A stretch of DNA of 60,082 bases, filler included, from Platydemus manokwari (Eukaryota): the NCBI GenBank assembly GCA_037951405.1. It is 5 parts of 5 records of this genome, joined end to end, with 100 filler letters (N's around TTAATTAATTAA, not from the genome) between each part and the next. Parts side by side here need not be neighbours in the genome. Positions count along the whole stretch, not along the records: positions 35,364 to 45,596 come from JBBMOY011155659.1; positions 45,697 to 60,082 come from JBBMOY011470307.1; 3 more parts are not named here. One strand, written 5' to 3'. Both the position numbers and the translations under genes were made by a program. The notes beneath the pieces were generated by a model that was not told the DNA's origin, did no database searches, and worked only from the letters and a program-made list of their open reading frames with translations. Positions 39,067 through 53,569 of the stretch are shown here, piece after piece (the stretch's first letter is position 1; each line of letters starts with the position of its first letter).

Positions 39067-39335
39067 GTCAGACAACAATTATTTTTGGTTGCAACTACTA
39101 ATCTTGAAATAAGATAACAACAATATAATAGATTATAGTATCTCTGTAGTCGACATATCGACTCAACAACGTAAGTAATTAAATATTATTCCTAATTCTA
39201 GTTAAGATAAAAGTTGATTTTCATGGATTTGCCGTAATGGATTATGGTAGTCGGCATCTTCAGTCGACAACATAAGTATTTGTTTAGAGAACACCTAATG
39301 CGAGGTAAGATAAAAGTTGTTCTCCAAAGATTATT
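39067..39335 (+). repeat. Degenerate ~95-100-bp tandem repeat, three units
   Basis: The unit gtc.acaac.taagta...ctaat...taagataaaagttg starts at about 39068, 39160 and 39263. Confidence 0.55.
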
Positions 39336-39949
39336 ATTAGCCTTATAAACAACAATAATATTCGATTACAAAATTTAGTTCGCTAATCATCAGCTTTAAT
39401 CAATAATGGAATTATTATTTTTATTTTCACTCATTGAAAGAGATTTCGATGGTGACAAATACAATCGTTTATTGTTTTCATTCGTTAGCAAATTCTGCGA
39501 CACATCATAGATTATATTATACAATCTCTAATGAACTCTGGTAACCATTTTAGGAAGTTTCATCAGTCAATACATAAACGGTTGAAATGAGTTTCATTTT
39601 TCTCTGATAGGTGTATGATATTTATACCAGCTTGTCTACCAATAATTAGACTGTTTAATTTTATTGGTCAGTTTTTAATTTTGTTTTATTTATTTTTATC
39701 GTTATATTTTTTGTTCAGCAAACAGAACTTTGTTAGATTTTTATATTTTCATGTAAATGTTGAATAAACGGATTATTTTAAATATCACAGATATAATTTG
39801 TTCTGCTTCACTTATTTCTATTTTATTTCATTTGTTTTCATTAATATTAATAATTTATATTAATAATCTAATATAATTCTTTTAAAAGTTATTTATGCTC
39901 TTTATAGTATTAACCAGAATGATCACTGAAAAAAGTTTAAATCAAGCTA

Positions 39950-40470
39950 AACAATCCGTAAATATTCAATGCAAGGATATAAAGTTTAACTGTAATAAAG
40001 AAGATAGCTACAAAGACTGTTTGTCAGAAAATCAATTAAAAGCCATGCATTGTTACCGACCAAAAAAGATTGGCAGACGCTTGTGAAATCCTACTTCTAT
40101 TATAGGTTTATAGTGTGCGTTAACTTGAAGTTTCTTCACTTTTCATTCGATATGACAATTAACGCATCGGTATGCTAGCAAATTTCCTTGAATTTTTCGT
40201 GACATTGGCATATTTATTTCTTACATGAGATCATGAAAAGGTATAGAACTACAAGCAATATCAACTTACAAATATAACGTTGATGTGATGGATCTTCCCA
40301 CCGCCTTGTGAAGAACTTGTTTCTGCACAATAAAAATTAGTTTATTCGATGTTTGTAGCCTGTGGTTGATATGCATCCGTTGATTAATGACTGCTAAATG
40401 TGGATTTTTATATCGGGCGAATCTAATTGGATATTGGCTCGAACGTTGGTCTAATCTGAGTGAATCGACC
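39950..40470 (+). mobile_element. Possible P-element-type transposase relic
   Basis: Fragments LSENQLKAM...AL and CGFYIGRI*LDIGSNVGL resemble P-element transposase segments. There are many stops, so support is weak. Confidence 0.3.
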
Positions 40471-43400
40471 TTATTTATACACTGCTATATAGTCATGTGG
40501 TTTCCCTAAATATTATTTATGAACCATTTATTTAATTAACTTTTTTATTATTACCATAAGATAAATCACAAAGCTAAACATTATAAGATTTTCAATATAT
40601 AAAAATATCAGAAATGTAAAGAGATTTCGTCACGACAAATGAAGATATCGAAAATATCTTGATCAATGAAAATTAATATCATGTCGATATGTTAGATTGT
40701 TTTTATAGGGAAATGAATCGATATTTGAGGACATACCTTCTTGTTTGAACAATTCAATTCTCTCTTATAAAACTCCAACTATAGAAATTAAAAGCGGCAC
40801 TAATACACCCCTTCCAAAATATGAAAGTCAAAATCTTTTATGTAATATCAAGTGATCCACTACAACTAGCACGAATCAAATTTCCATAACAGTTAAACAA
40901 ATTATTTTGGAGCATTGATTATCATATAATTCAAAAACATAGTCAAGACGAACTTATTAAACATGACATCCAATAGAAAGTAAGAACTAATAATACAAAT
41001 AACCAAAAAATTGAAACATGAAAATGTTCACTGTTTCACACAAGAGCTCTGGAAAGCTATGAAACAGATCATTAATCTGTTTCTATGTACTTATCAATTC
41101 AAGAGTCTGTGAACACTTTTATTGCTTGGAATCATTTTCCGAATAATTTTGTTTTACCTTCTGCAAACCAAGTTTAGAAATTGACTCATGCGTCCATTCC
41201 AATTGTGGGAACTTTAATTTGATTCAACCGATGTAGTAATTCTCTTTCATTCGCGATATGTAAATCTCATTTATTATGAAATCTTATCCAAAAGGAGAAT
41301 ATAAGTAAATAAGTAATAGCTTATTAGTTGAATAAGGATAATGAATTGTATCAAGATTGAAATGAAAAGTAGAAATATAGAGAATGTATATAACAAATAT
41401 AGGATATAAAAATAATCAAAGAATAATTAGATGTTTATATGAAAGAGAATATATATATAGAATTCAATAATAAGAAATATTGAGAAGATAAAGGATTTCT
41501 TAGAGTCCTTTTCTATTGGTTTTTAATGAAATGTTAGCAGCTACTTTTATCATGAAAATAATTGGAAATCAATTTTTATAAATGGAACACGAACATTTTA
41601 TTGTTGCACAAATATTAATCTCATTTTATGCTATCCGTTAACCAGGACATAAACTTAAACACAAACTATCGGTGTGAATAATCATTATAATTATTTACAC
41701 CGGATCGATTTTCACAAATATACTCAGCCTAATTACAAGCTAAGAGTCAGATTTTTTGTGAGCGATTCTCAACAAACATCTACTTCAATATACACTAAAT
41801 CATAACGCCAAATTATTTTCTAATTTTTATTTTCTATTATTTTTATTCAGCACTCATTTAGAAATATCGATAAGAAACCGAAGATAACAACCTGAAATTA
41901 CTGAGCTGAAAATTCCACAGATATTTAATCACATATTTTTTTGATTTAATTTTTTTTACAACAAATTTTCTTGTATAAGTCATTAATTCTATTAAACACG
42001 AAATGAAATTGCTGAATCTTTGTTCGAGAAAATCTTGTAGAATCGATTATTTCCATCATTTTTCAATTTATCAGCAATAATTCGTCACGGCTTATCAGCT
42101 CACTTTTCGCGGATTTCATTTGAATTATCGTGCAACATTCAAAAATATCACTGCTAATAAAAAAAAGAAAAAAGAATAATCCTATCAACGCTAATTAAAT
42201 AATTTATTATTTTCATTTTTTCACTTTCTTTTCGATTTCCACATCCGAATACTCAACTCTTTTTTTTACTAATATTACTACTGTTTTAGTTGGATTACTT
42301 TTAGTAAAAATATCGTTTGTTAACATCAAAGTTTATTGTTTCAAAATTAGCACGTGGTTTTTCGAATATTTAAACAAATACAATATCTAATATTTATCTA
42401 ACTATTTTAATTATTTTGATTTATTTTAACTTGGTTTCACTTTTATTCCGATAAAGTGCAACGCAAAACCAATCCATTATCAATCGATTTAAACTTTAGT
42501 AATAAGTATAAAGATTAATAAATACGAGAAGATAACTGGTCACCAGGATTTTAGAAACTGATGAGAAAGCAAATTATGATTAATAAGGCCAGTTGAAGAT
42601 TGTTTTTTAACCATATCGTTAAAATACTTTGGAAATAATACAAAATTTTAATCCACTGATAAGAATACGATTGTCTACTTGGGTGATAGCGTGATACTCA
42701 TATCAAACAAAACAAACACACCTCAATACAGTAACAAACAAAAAACATCAAGAAACAGTACAGCATTCGAAACATCATCAAAGACAACGGAACACAAATA
42801 TTCAAATCTGATAGCTTGTAAACACAATACACTTCAAACAATCTACAACTTTACCGAAATGTTTTTGTTTTCATATTTATTGAGTTGGATTTGATGATGT
42901 ACGATTCGACATACAGTCGATCGTGATTAACAAGTTACAGTAAATTAATAATATTTTCATTTTATAAGTGATAAAAAAAAATATTTGAAAAATGAATTAA
43001 AAATTTATAATAAAAATATAAAAAAATCAAAAAATAAAATAAGTTTGGGTAACCCAATCTTAACAATAATTAGTTATTGATCGCACACAAGATGATTACG
43101 CCACCAATAAATTGGTCCATCCTCTTTCTCGTTAAAAGTGATGATTGTGGTCATACAACCAACCAACTCATAGATTTATCAATCTCCAACAATTTCTAAA
43201 TACTGTATTACGTCACAACAATTATCTTCACTTCATTTAATATTACGGTTTGATAATTTCGAGGTTGGGTATCGACAATATAGTTCATCGATTTAAAACC
43301 CAGACCAAATTAAATACACCGGAATTTAAAACATTGATTCGAGATTTATTATTGGAGTGGCCATCATTTGAGCAATGTTTATTTTTCAAAAAATTTTCTT

Positions 43401-45596
43401 TCAAACCGAATCATTGAAACTAAATTATGTTTTGTGGAATACTGAAAAAATTATAATTTCAACATCAATTTCTGTTGGGCGTATTGTAACCTAATATCAG
43501 AATCCATCACGCTACAATCTCATGATAAACAGATATGGGTTATTTATTACAACTTCTATTAGAAAAAATAGTCGAATTTTAGTATTTCGTCTATTTCTTC
43601 GGAAAAATCTGGCTCAAATATTTTTTGAATTTCTACTTTTAAAATTTCCAACTGGCTTTTTACACCCAGCTGCTTCGCTGTTTTTCCTTTCAGAGATAAA
43701 TATTTTTACTTTATGATGATGATGACGATTCCGACATCATTATTTTCATGTAGTACATAAGTGGGTTAAATTTTTATATTAAATTACTATCTCTCTCTCC
43801 GACATAAACAGCCAGTAATAAAATATTTTATCAAATAACTGTCTCATGTCTTTTCTTGTCAAATTACGATTTAGAAATTGAAATATCTTTAACTCCTTAA
43901 TCAATGGCACCCATTTGTAAAACTCTCCAGCAGTCAGATTTTTTCCATGCAGTTTTAATATTGTTTCGATATCATATGTTATGCGTGTTCAGATCTTATT
44001 TAAGTTTCCCAAGGTTCTGTGACAATTTAAGCTTACATGTAAGCTGTTGTTTTAGATAAATACTCAATTACCACTTCCATGATATCGATTGATTTCTATT
44101 TTTTAAAATTTTAAAACTATTATTAATAAAATGTGATTATTATTGATTTCTTCATGGAATAATGACTAATTTTTTGATTTTTGGCTTCATTTTCTAATAT
44201 GATAACCCTCTGCTTTTTAACTCCTTATGTATCTCCTTATTATACTCAGAATATCAATAATCAACGCTTTATATAAAATATTATTATAATAATTAATAAT
44301 AATAATAACAGTAATAATAATAAAATTCTCATATTTAAAATATTAAAAAGAATGTTTGTCCAAAATCTGGGTCTACTATTTTATTTGTTATCAACAATTT
44401 AATCCGGCTCATAAATTAGAAAAAAAGATGCCAATATCGTGTTTAAAATGTTTAATTTAAACCTTTATTTTATTATATCATTGCAGACATACTCAAATAG
44501 AAATTTCGAATAAAGAAAAATACATAACCGACTAATCTTCAATAAAAATACAAGATCAATTTGCAAGAAACCTGATCAATAATTTCGTGAATAAAAACAT
44601 CAACCTTTTATAATAAATATTTACATGATAAACACGTTACTAATAATGGATAAAATAAAATAGAAATTTTATAAAAAATATTTCTTTCGATTTGTTTTTC
44701 TTTTAGCGAATGATTTAGTCGAAATAAAAAAACGAAAAGCACTCTCCCGTGCTTTGCTGCTACCATTCGATGCCGAAATATGTCAGACAATGACGGAATT
44801 GTTCTTATTTTCACGGTGTAATTTTATCATTTTATATTAATGAAGAACAAAACTGTCATGATAAATAATTTTCATTAATTTGGTAATCAGGAAAACAAAA
44901 TTGCTTTTTCGCTTAGATTTTCATTGAGAGGTGTTTCCTTACAAATTTCTCTATCACAGATTTTTGTTCCTTTTTTCACTTGACGATTTTCTATTTTTAT
45001 CCACTTTTTGTTTAAATTATTTGAAATCAATATTCTGTGAAATTGTTTTGTTTAAATCATAAAATATTATATTTAAGAAAATAATTATAATATTTGTAAT
45101 TATCGGTGAGGTTGGGATGAAGTGAAATTTTATTGCAGTCTGAGATTTGCAGTCTGTCATTTAAATTAATGACAGTCGATTGTATTTTAGATTCATGCGA
45201 TCTATAACACACGACTTTAAGTTGAAGTAAAACTTCAGTGTCTTGATATTTATAATTGCAATAATAATATTAATTATTATAACGACAAAGATAATAATAT
45301 AATAATTATTAATAATAACTTTTTGTTGCTAACACTTCTTCGTTTTTTATGTTGGATTCAAAAGTCAAAATTCTCAATGTGCAAAAAATATATAACATAT
45401 TACAGATTTTCTAAACAAATATTTTTTTATTTTTAACCCTTTTAATAATTCACATTTAAATTAATATAAACATTATTTTTAACACATTTTAAATTTTTAA
45501 AATTTCATAAATTATTTTTAAAAATTTGGAGAGGTTGTAACAAGTTAAATATTAAATATTTTTTATATAATTAATGAAAGATATTTTTAATAATTA

Positions 45597-45696
45597 NNNN
45601 NNNNNNNNNNNNNNNNNNNNNNNNNNNNNNNNNNNNNNNNTTAATTAATTAANNNNNNNNNNNNNNNNNNNNNNNNNNNNNNNNNNNNNNNNNNNN
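45597..45696. other. Assembly gap with TTAATTAATTAA linker
   Basis: 44 N + 12-nt linker + 44 N. Confidence 0.98.
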
Positions 45697-46550
45697 ACGG
45701 CTTATATATTTCAGAGAAGGTTAACTTGATTTATCATAGTATAAAGGCTTTGTCTTCGGATTTGTATGTAAAATACAAAGATGTGACATGATTGAATGTA
45801 AATTTGAAAGATCGATAAAAAATACATTCATATAGCAATTTGGTGTCTCCATATTTTCATAAAAACGAAAGAAACCTTTACTAAAGCTTCATCAAAGACA
45901 TTAATGCTCCATATTTGCCAATCTAACGATTCGTGATTAGAATTTTTAATGAATACCACTTTATTCCATGTGATGTCTTATTTCGGTTTATTTTAAATAA
46001 AACAGTCTATCTCGCTTAAACTAGCTGACCTAAAATAGGACATTAAAAATTAATTCTTTTAATTTTAGGTTGGTTTTAGAATTTTCAGAATTTACTAAAT
46101 TGAAAAAATCTGTACTTATAAAGTTATATCACTTTACATTTCATTTAATCAATAATAATTCTTAACATTTTTTAATCTTTCACGATCGATCAAAATATTG
46201 ACGATTTGGCCAATCATCATTTATATTTAATAAATCAATTAAATAAATAAGTAATTTTTCATTTTGTCATTCTCATAGATCAATTTGATAGTTTATGAAA
46301 TCGATAATTAATTTAACTAATAAGTACTTTCGTTACGATTATTAGGTACGGTGTAAAAAGTATTTATTTTTTGATTTATTTAAATATTTATAAAGCAATA
46401 AAAGAGATTATATAACATAATTCGTACCTAACCTATATATAAAATAATCCTATTGCAGAGTGAAATAATAATAATAATAATAAAATAGATTTTCGAAATT
46501 GAATTTAACATGTTGTTTATTTAGTCGTTGTTCTAATTTAGAAATTTAGA

Positions 46551-46596
46551 AATCCCTGGAATGTACTGGTGGAACCCTGGTGAAAAAACCACTGTC
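46551..46596 (+). mobile_element. hAT-type terminal fragment
   Basis: ggaaccctggtgaaaaaaccactg resembles the ...ggaaccctggttgaaaaacactg termini of Buster/Charlie hAT elements. No partner end was seen. Confidence 0.45.
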
Positions 46597-46934
46597 ATAG
46601 AATATATGAATAAAATCGAAATTGTTTTATTCGAACTCCTATAATAGAAAACAATTCAATTCCTGTTCAACAAAGAATATTTACTGATAAATTCAGGTTT
46701 ATTAATTTTTAAATTTTTTCGTTTTTAGTCATAGATAAAGCAAATTGTTATAAGTCGATTATTCCTATTATTTTATTGGATCTTTAATTTTCGATGAATT
46801 GATTTATTTTATTGATACAACATGGTATAGCTATAAGACACTGTAATAAGAACAAAGAATTGTCAAAAATATAAATTGTTTTAACTAATATTTTGAAAAA
46901 ACTATTAATCAATAAAAATTTAGTTCGAAACTAT

Positions 46935-48759
46935 CACTTATTGGAAAATAATTGATGATTGGTAACCTCGAAAGAATTTAGAACAATATATTAGATGTTT
47001 GGAATCAAATTAGAAGTTATATTTCCATAATATTAAATATCACCTTATCATTGTATTGTTTTTTCATCAATTTGTACCATTGGGTTTGATTGTGAGATGA
47101 TTTATTGGTCGTAAGAATTGGTGTTAAATCGACTATTCTAGTGGTCCTCAGATTTTCAGTTTTCATTTGACTATTGGAATCAAGTCTTTCAAGTCGCATT
47201 TTTCTAACATAAACCGATGGTGTTGACTGAGCAGATCTCACAGATCCATATTCCTGTATTTATAACGAAAAACGTTAAGGCAATGATAATTGCTTTTATT
47301 ATGTAATTTACGTTAACACGACCTGACGACAAATCGTTCGCTAATCGAAGCTGACTATTGGTTTGTGATGAATTTGAATGAATATTATCGATGCTTCGAA
47401 AATCTTTTTGATCAAGATAATTGGTGGATGAGTTTCTTAACAATTTCGATTGATTCGACTAAATTGAACATCTTATTCAATGTAATAACAGAAGTAATAG
47501 AAAAAATGACTTCACCACGCTTTTATGTTATTATAAATAGTCGATAATTTAAAGTAATCTTTCAGGAAAATTCTGGAGAATACATAATAATTATTCACAG
47601 TTACTTAAAATGGATAACGTATCATCGTTGCATTAATTCCGTAGTCGGAATGGAATAATTATGTCCTTTCTAATAAGATTGAGAGAGTATTTTAATTGTT
47701 TTTAAGATTATTTGAGTAATTTATTGTTATCTAACTACAATAAAATCCAATATTCATCATCAAATGCCAACTAGTGAAATGATATCAGATTTTAAAGCAA
47801 GGTTATCAAATAAACTAAAACGGGTGAAAATGTCGCAAACAGTGTTGTATACTGAATTCTAGAATTTTCACAAACCAACAATTGATATCTGATTTTAATG
47901 GAAGATATTTATTTTTAATCAAAATCTTTATTTTATTTTAGTTTTATTATATTCGCCTTGAGTTAAATTTATAACAACCTATCTTCATATATTTATATAC
48001 CTACATAATAATAGCTTTACAAAAGTTTTAATTGATTCTTGTATTGCGCAGATAGAACATCACTGAATCTTCTCCTGTGAGATTTCAGGATTATTTTGTG
48101 GAGGGAGTTTATAATGCTTAATATCTCTAATATTTAAGTGACTTTAACTTCGATTAGAATAAACCTTTGATGAATGAAATAAATAGCGTAAATCTTTCAA
48201 ATAAATCAAAGCACCGGGAAAAGGAATATGAGAAAGAAAAGAAGGAACACTGATTCCCAGTAAATTACGGAAGCAAAAATGTTGAATAAAGACATAACTG
48301 ATTATCAATCGATGACAGAAAAAAGTCTGAGAAAAATATTATTGAATGAGAGAATGAGTTATTCTAGTTAAATGTCTTTCAGAGTTACAAGATATAAAAG
48401 AGTGACGGGATCTGTGACAATGCATCTATATCGATCGTTTCAAATCTTAATTATTGAAATGATTTGTTTTAAATCATTCCAAATTTTTAAACAATTCTCA
48501 TACACAGCTTAATTTCGTCTGAATAATATTTTTTGCTGGCATATTAAAATCTATTACGCAACACGTTTAACACATTTATTAACACCGGATGAATTTAAGA
48601 ATCCAAGATGAACATCAACACAGTTATAAATAATAAGTTATAAACGAATCTGTCAAAAAGGTTATACATAAAAATACTAACTGAATTCTCCTGTTGCAAA
48701 GCTTTGTTGACTTTTATCCACTCAGATAGGAGCATTCCACTGTTTTTAAATGATGCCAT
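46935..48759 (-). CDS. Putative spliced gene for a small Ser/Asn-rich protein of unknown function
   Basis: Exons 47458-47312 and 47253-47044 join in frame over a 58-nt GT-AG intron (SNQSKLLRNSS...GRVN|EYGSVRSAQSTP...QYNDK). Candidate last exon about 46967-46935 (VTNHQLFSNK*). Candidate first exon 48759-48682 (MASFKNSG...QQENS|gttagt, phase 0). The terminal exons are speculative. Confidence 0.45.
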
Positions 48760-49399
48760 TTTGTTTTGATCTAAAAGAAAAATTCGTCCTTTATTACAAA
48801 ATTTAGTCAATTACTGAAGGAGTAATATTGAACTTTTCAGAAATACTATTTTTCCCAAAATTAAGTTGCTATAGCAACCACCACCAGAAATGAAGTCAAA
48901 ATCTAGAGAGATGGTGTAAAGAAATTTAAATAATAAATATCGTTTTAGTATTGATCGATTTCTATTGGATGTTCACAATGGAAACAACAAAAGAAATTCC
49001 ATGTTTGGCCTGAGAGAGTTCTCTAAGAATTTTATATTCAATTTGGCCATTGGCTTACCTGTTAGAAAACCAACTAACGTAAAAATAGATTTCAAATAGA
49101 TAAGCGGATATCAGATCATTAAACCCGTTGTTTCTTCATCCTTAAAGGGAATTATTTTTCAATTGAATGCCCTTCCGAGTGACAATTGTAACAATTGTCA
49201 GATAAATTAGGTTATGACAGGTTCCGTGAAAGACAATTCCAGAAAGTTTATCACTTCATTGATCAAAATTAATTTTTAATGACTTTCCTTAGATAAATTG
49301 GTCAATGCTTTCATTTGCAGTCCTCTTAAAAAATAATTTAAGATCGATTAAATTTTTATAGTAATTATATTTTTGATTAAATTTGGGACACATTACTTC

Positions 49400-49740
49400 C
49401 ACCCCAATAAGTGAATTTTGTTATCATTTAAATATCACTATTTTCTTACTTTTTGGTCCTAGTATTTTGTTAATGTTACTGTTGTACTTTTTAATATAAT
49501 TGACAATGTCCGTATCTTATTGACCACTTGTATTTGTTCTTTCTTCGACTCGATCACAATTACTCTATTGTGAAGACGAGATAAGTTTCAATAGACACTG
49601 TTATTATTAATCCCTTGTTTAAGATTTAACTCAACATTACTTTAAATACTAAAGAGGTGGTGAAATAACAATGAGCGATAATTAATACTGTCGATGAAAT
49701 TATCCTTATGCCCACTTGGTTGTAATGAGATCGTCAGGTT
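49400..49740 (-). mobile_element. LINE reverse transcriptase fragment (decayed)
   Basis: Minus strand DSINYRSL...TSLVFKVML resembles the NYRPI.L.S...K motif at the start of non-LTR RTs. Confidence 0.35.
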
Positions 49741-51198
49741 TTTGATTAAATAAACTTTATTGATTCGGTAACATATGATTTTAGATGTGTATGTTTGGGT
49801 TTTGAAAATAACTAAATCGAACTAATTTTCACCTGGCGTTATGTACAATTTCATGGCATTTTGTATCCATTTCATTGTGTACGATGATATGTAGATTTGC
49901 CGTTTGTATTAATTTTTATTGTATTCCTTTTATCTTGAATCTGATCAATATTTGTGTTTTATAATTTGATAATTCTCGGAAAGCTTTAGTTAAATAAGTT
50001 TATTAAAAATCATATTTATAAAATAATATGATGGATATTTGCATTATTTATCTCCATAAATATTTAATGATCAAAATAATAATATCTGAAAAACCCCATT
50101 AAAGTTTCCCGTATAATAAATTTATCCACAAAACGATAATCTGTAATATATTATCGTGCAATGACATTGTAAAATAAATTCTCACCTATTATCGCACAAA
50201 ATATATTGAGGTAGTGAATAAAATATTCCCAATAAGGTGACGAATGATATTGAAATTTATAAATAAAGAAATTCTGACATCTTATGCCAACTGGCTGATC
50301 AAAAACCCAACTCGGTTTGATATGAAAATGTTTATTGTAATTAACAGATACACCACTTTTTAAGTATACAACAATTAAATAAAAATGGCTATAAATCACT
50401 ACTTATATTTGTCAATGATTTTAAATATACTTTTATACAAATAAACGCTGGACAAAAACTTCCCAGTGTGCAACTTCAGGATAGCAACTTCAGGACCAAC
50501 CAGACCCGTCGTGCTTATTGGGTATGTGTCCTTCTCAAGAGAGGTTTCCGAGCTCGGCTCGATAGATAGGAAGAATATACGATATAAATAATCAATATAG
50601 ATTTTAGACGAACGTATCTTACTTGAACCTAGTATCTTCCTCGGCAATTAGTATATTTCTAAACTCTTCCTATATTTCTATAGGGCATATACTTGATGGC
50701 AACTTCGAAGAAATTGGATTTGACAACTGCGGCAATATCAATCTTCTTGACGATTAACACACTATAAGTTAGTGGTTTCCAATTAAATGGAGTTCTTAGT
50801 TGTTTCTTCAGGTTACGGGCAAAGGCATATGATGTTTAACTGCCTTATATATAGTTACTGAGTCATGGGGTAAATATTACGTTCGAATAAAATATGCGGG
50901 CTCAATTTCCTCTTTATGGTGATGACTTTTATAAATTCAATAGGAATATTTTCCCGAAGTTAGTTGTCATGCGGATTTAATTGTTGATAATATTTTAAAT
51001 ACGGTTAAAAGTCGGGTGAAAATATTGATTTAATATTTAATATTTTTGGTTACCAAACTAAAATAAGTCCTAATTAAACTTATTTTATCGATCTAAATTG
51101 ATTTAATTTTAATATTAACTTCTAAATTACCATAAAATAGTATTTAACTATTTTATTTAATGATAACAATATTTTATTATTAAAATCAGAAATCTTTA

Positions 51199-51200
<2 letters not shown>

Positions 51201-51230
<30 letters not shown>

Positions 51231-51231
51231 T
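51201..51231. repeat. (ATT)n microsatellite
   Basis: Directly visible. Confidence 0.9.
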
Positions 51232-53569
51232 AACCAAAAATATCAATTTACTTATTAATAAAGGTTTTTCCTATTTTATTATTAATATTTTTCTTTGCTT
51301 ATAAATTAAAATTGTTTGCACGTTGAAAAGCCTGTATGATAAAAACGAAAAATAATACTAGCAATTGAAACCAAAACCTTTACAATATAAAAATTACTAC
51401 TTATATATACTTATATCGAGGTTCATGCAAAATAAATTGTCAATTTTAAAAGTCAATTTCCCAAATACCCCAACATTTCCAACATGAAAACAAAAATGCA
51501 TCGCATCAAATAATATTCGAATACAAATTCTACGAGTGACTCGTTCCTGCCTTCCTAAGGCAGTACTCACACAGTTATTGTATGCAATTTAGAACAGGAT
51601 AGCGGAAGATCATTCTGTTCTGCAGAATAGAATCCATATATGTTCAGTGTTTTATTGGAAAACCCTACATTGGTATAAAATACTGAACGTTATTATACAT
51701 CGTTTATTTTTCATTATGGAGTTTTTACTCAATCATCTCCATTAAAATAAAGTTTATTAATTGTCATCTAAAGCAATAATTGTAAAGTTTGGTGTATGTT
51801 GTATCATCGGCTTTTAAGTTTTGTTTTGTTTTTTTTATTTAGTCATCAAACTGTATAATTGGTTTTTAATAATATATATTTTTGATTAAACGCCTTAGTT
51901 ATTGATTAAATAGTTCATTATTATTGGTGTTATATAGGTTTAGGAATTAAGGTAGGGTGCATTGACTTACACTGATCGTTAAGATATATCACTATTGCCT
52001 CAACTATTGCCTTCATACAATAAAGTTGTGTGAGATGAAGAATTAAATTACAAAAAGATTTATCACACCTGCTGCCTTAATCAAGAACATGTTGAGACTG
52101 ATTAAGAAAATAGTGATATTAAACAGAGATAAGGTTAATAATAAAATTAAAAACAAATAAGGTCAGAACTTAACACGTAAACACGGATGAAATAATAGAT
52201 GATCAAGCAATTCGTCGAGCGTTGCAGTTTATAGGACTCATTCCTCATACTTTAGAAAAGAAGAAATTCAATGAGGTTCAGATTAACTCCATAAATAGGA
52301 TATGTAAGACCGAATATAAATACGTATGAATTTATAGGAACTGGTCTCTTGCTTACAATCTGAAAACAGTTATTGTTGTATGGGAAGAATTCTAGGACAA
52401 GTATTCTTATTAACAAACAGGGCATATAACTTCTGACAATTGGATTCACAAGAAATTTACTTAATTAGAATAAACTTATGGCTTCATAATGTAATTCTTC
52501 CAATGGTTCCAAAATTGTTGTATGAATCTGTACTTATACTGAAATATATTCCCTCCTGATTTTAGTGGAAATAGTTAATTGCGTTTATATTTCAGTGTAA
52601 AAAGGATCGAATTATTTATAATTGGATAATTTTATTTTATTGAATATGGGGAATAATTTTGTTTCATCACAGAATGATGGGATGGTTATTCTATAATAAA
52701 ATTTTATAACATTTTAAATTTCTTTATCTTTGCCATTGAGATATACGTATTTTTATTATTTCATTATCTCTTGCCATATGGGTTTATATAAGATTAATTT
52801 TTTGAAATATTATTGTAGGGATTTTTAATGAATTTTGAAAAATTTTAAAATTAGATTTTTAAATTACAGATGTATTAAATTTTATTTGGTGGGCTCTCGA
52901 TTTCCTAACACGCCAATAGAAGTGTTAAGTCACTGTTATCAGATATTATAAATTAAATAACAAAAATAATGCGAGAATTCGATTACCAAAATTGGATGAA
53001 GTTTAAACAAAGCGATAGAAAGAAGTACTCTGGCTGTTGCTAAGAGATAATGTAAACTACAGTACTATGAGAATGATTAAATGTAAAGTACCAAAAATCA
53101 ATAACCTCGCAACAGTTTGTTTTCATAGGTTAATAAAGATACACTAGTTAAGTAAAATTTGTGATAAAATTCATAATATTAACGATAACCACATTAAACT
53201 ATTTATATAAATCACCATTATGTATCCCAGATATACGAGATCATCTTAAAAAAAATTAGTCAATATCGACTGTAATCGAAAGAAATATTTACATTTTATT
53301 TTTTAAAAGACATGGATATATACAGAAGAAACAATTCCGAACATTCCATTGTATTGACAGTAGATTTCATTTATTCCACTAAAATTAAAAATTTTTCTTA
53401 CTTATTGTTTGGAATCATTTCGAGTGTTCCATCAAAGAATTATAAACATTCTCAAAATTATAAAATGGAATATTAAATATTTAGTAAATTTAAAAATTTG
53501 ATTTTGAGGCTTTTTTATGATATTTTTCATTTTCTAAAACTATTTGAAAGCGTGATCGCAAATACTCAT

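Noticed and set aside
40860-40960. ARIKFP*QL...KHSQ resembling a Helitron PIF1 helicase motif
   Set aside because: The spacing and residues match too poorly and there are no supporting motifs nearby.
41061-41083. 9-bp hairpin, and the 21-bp palindrome at 49180-49200
   Set aside because: They are short and AT-rich, expected by chance or from TE debris, and have no supporting context.
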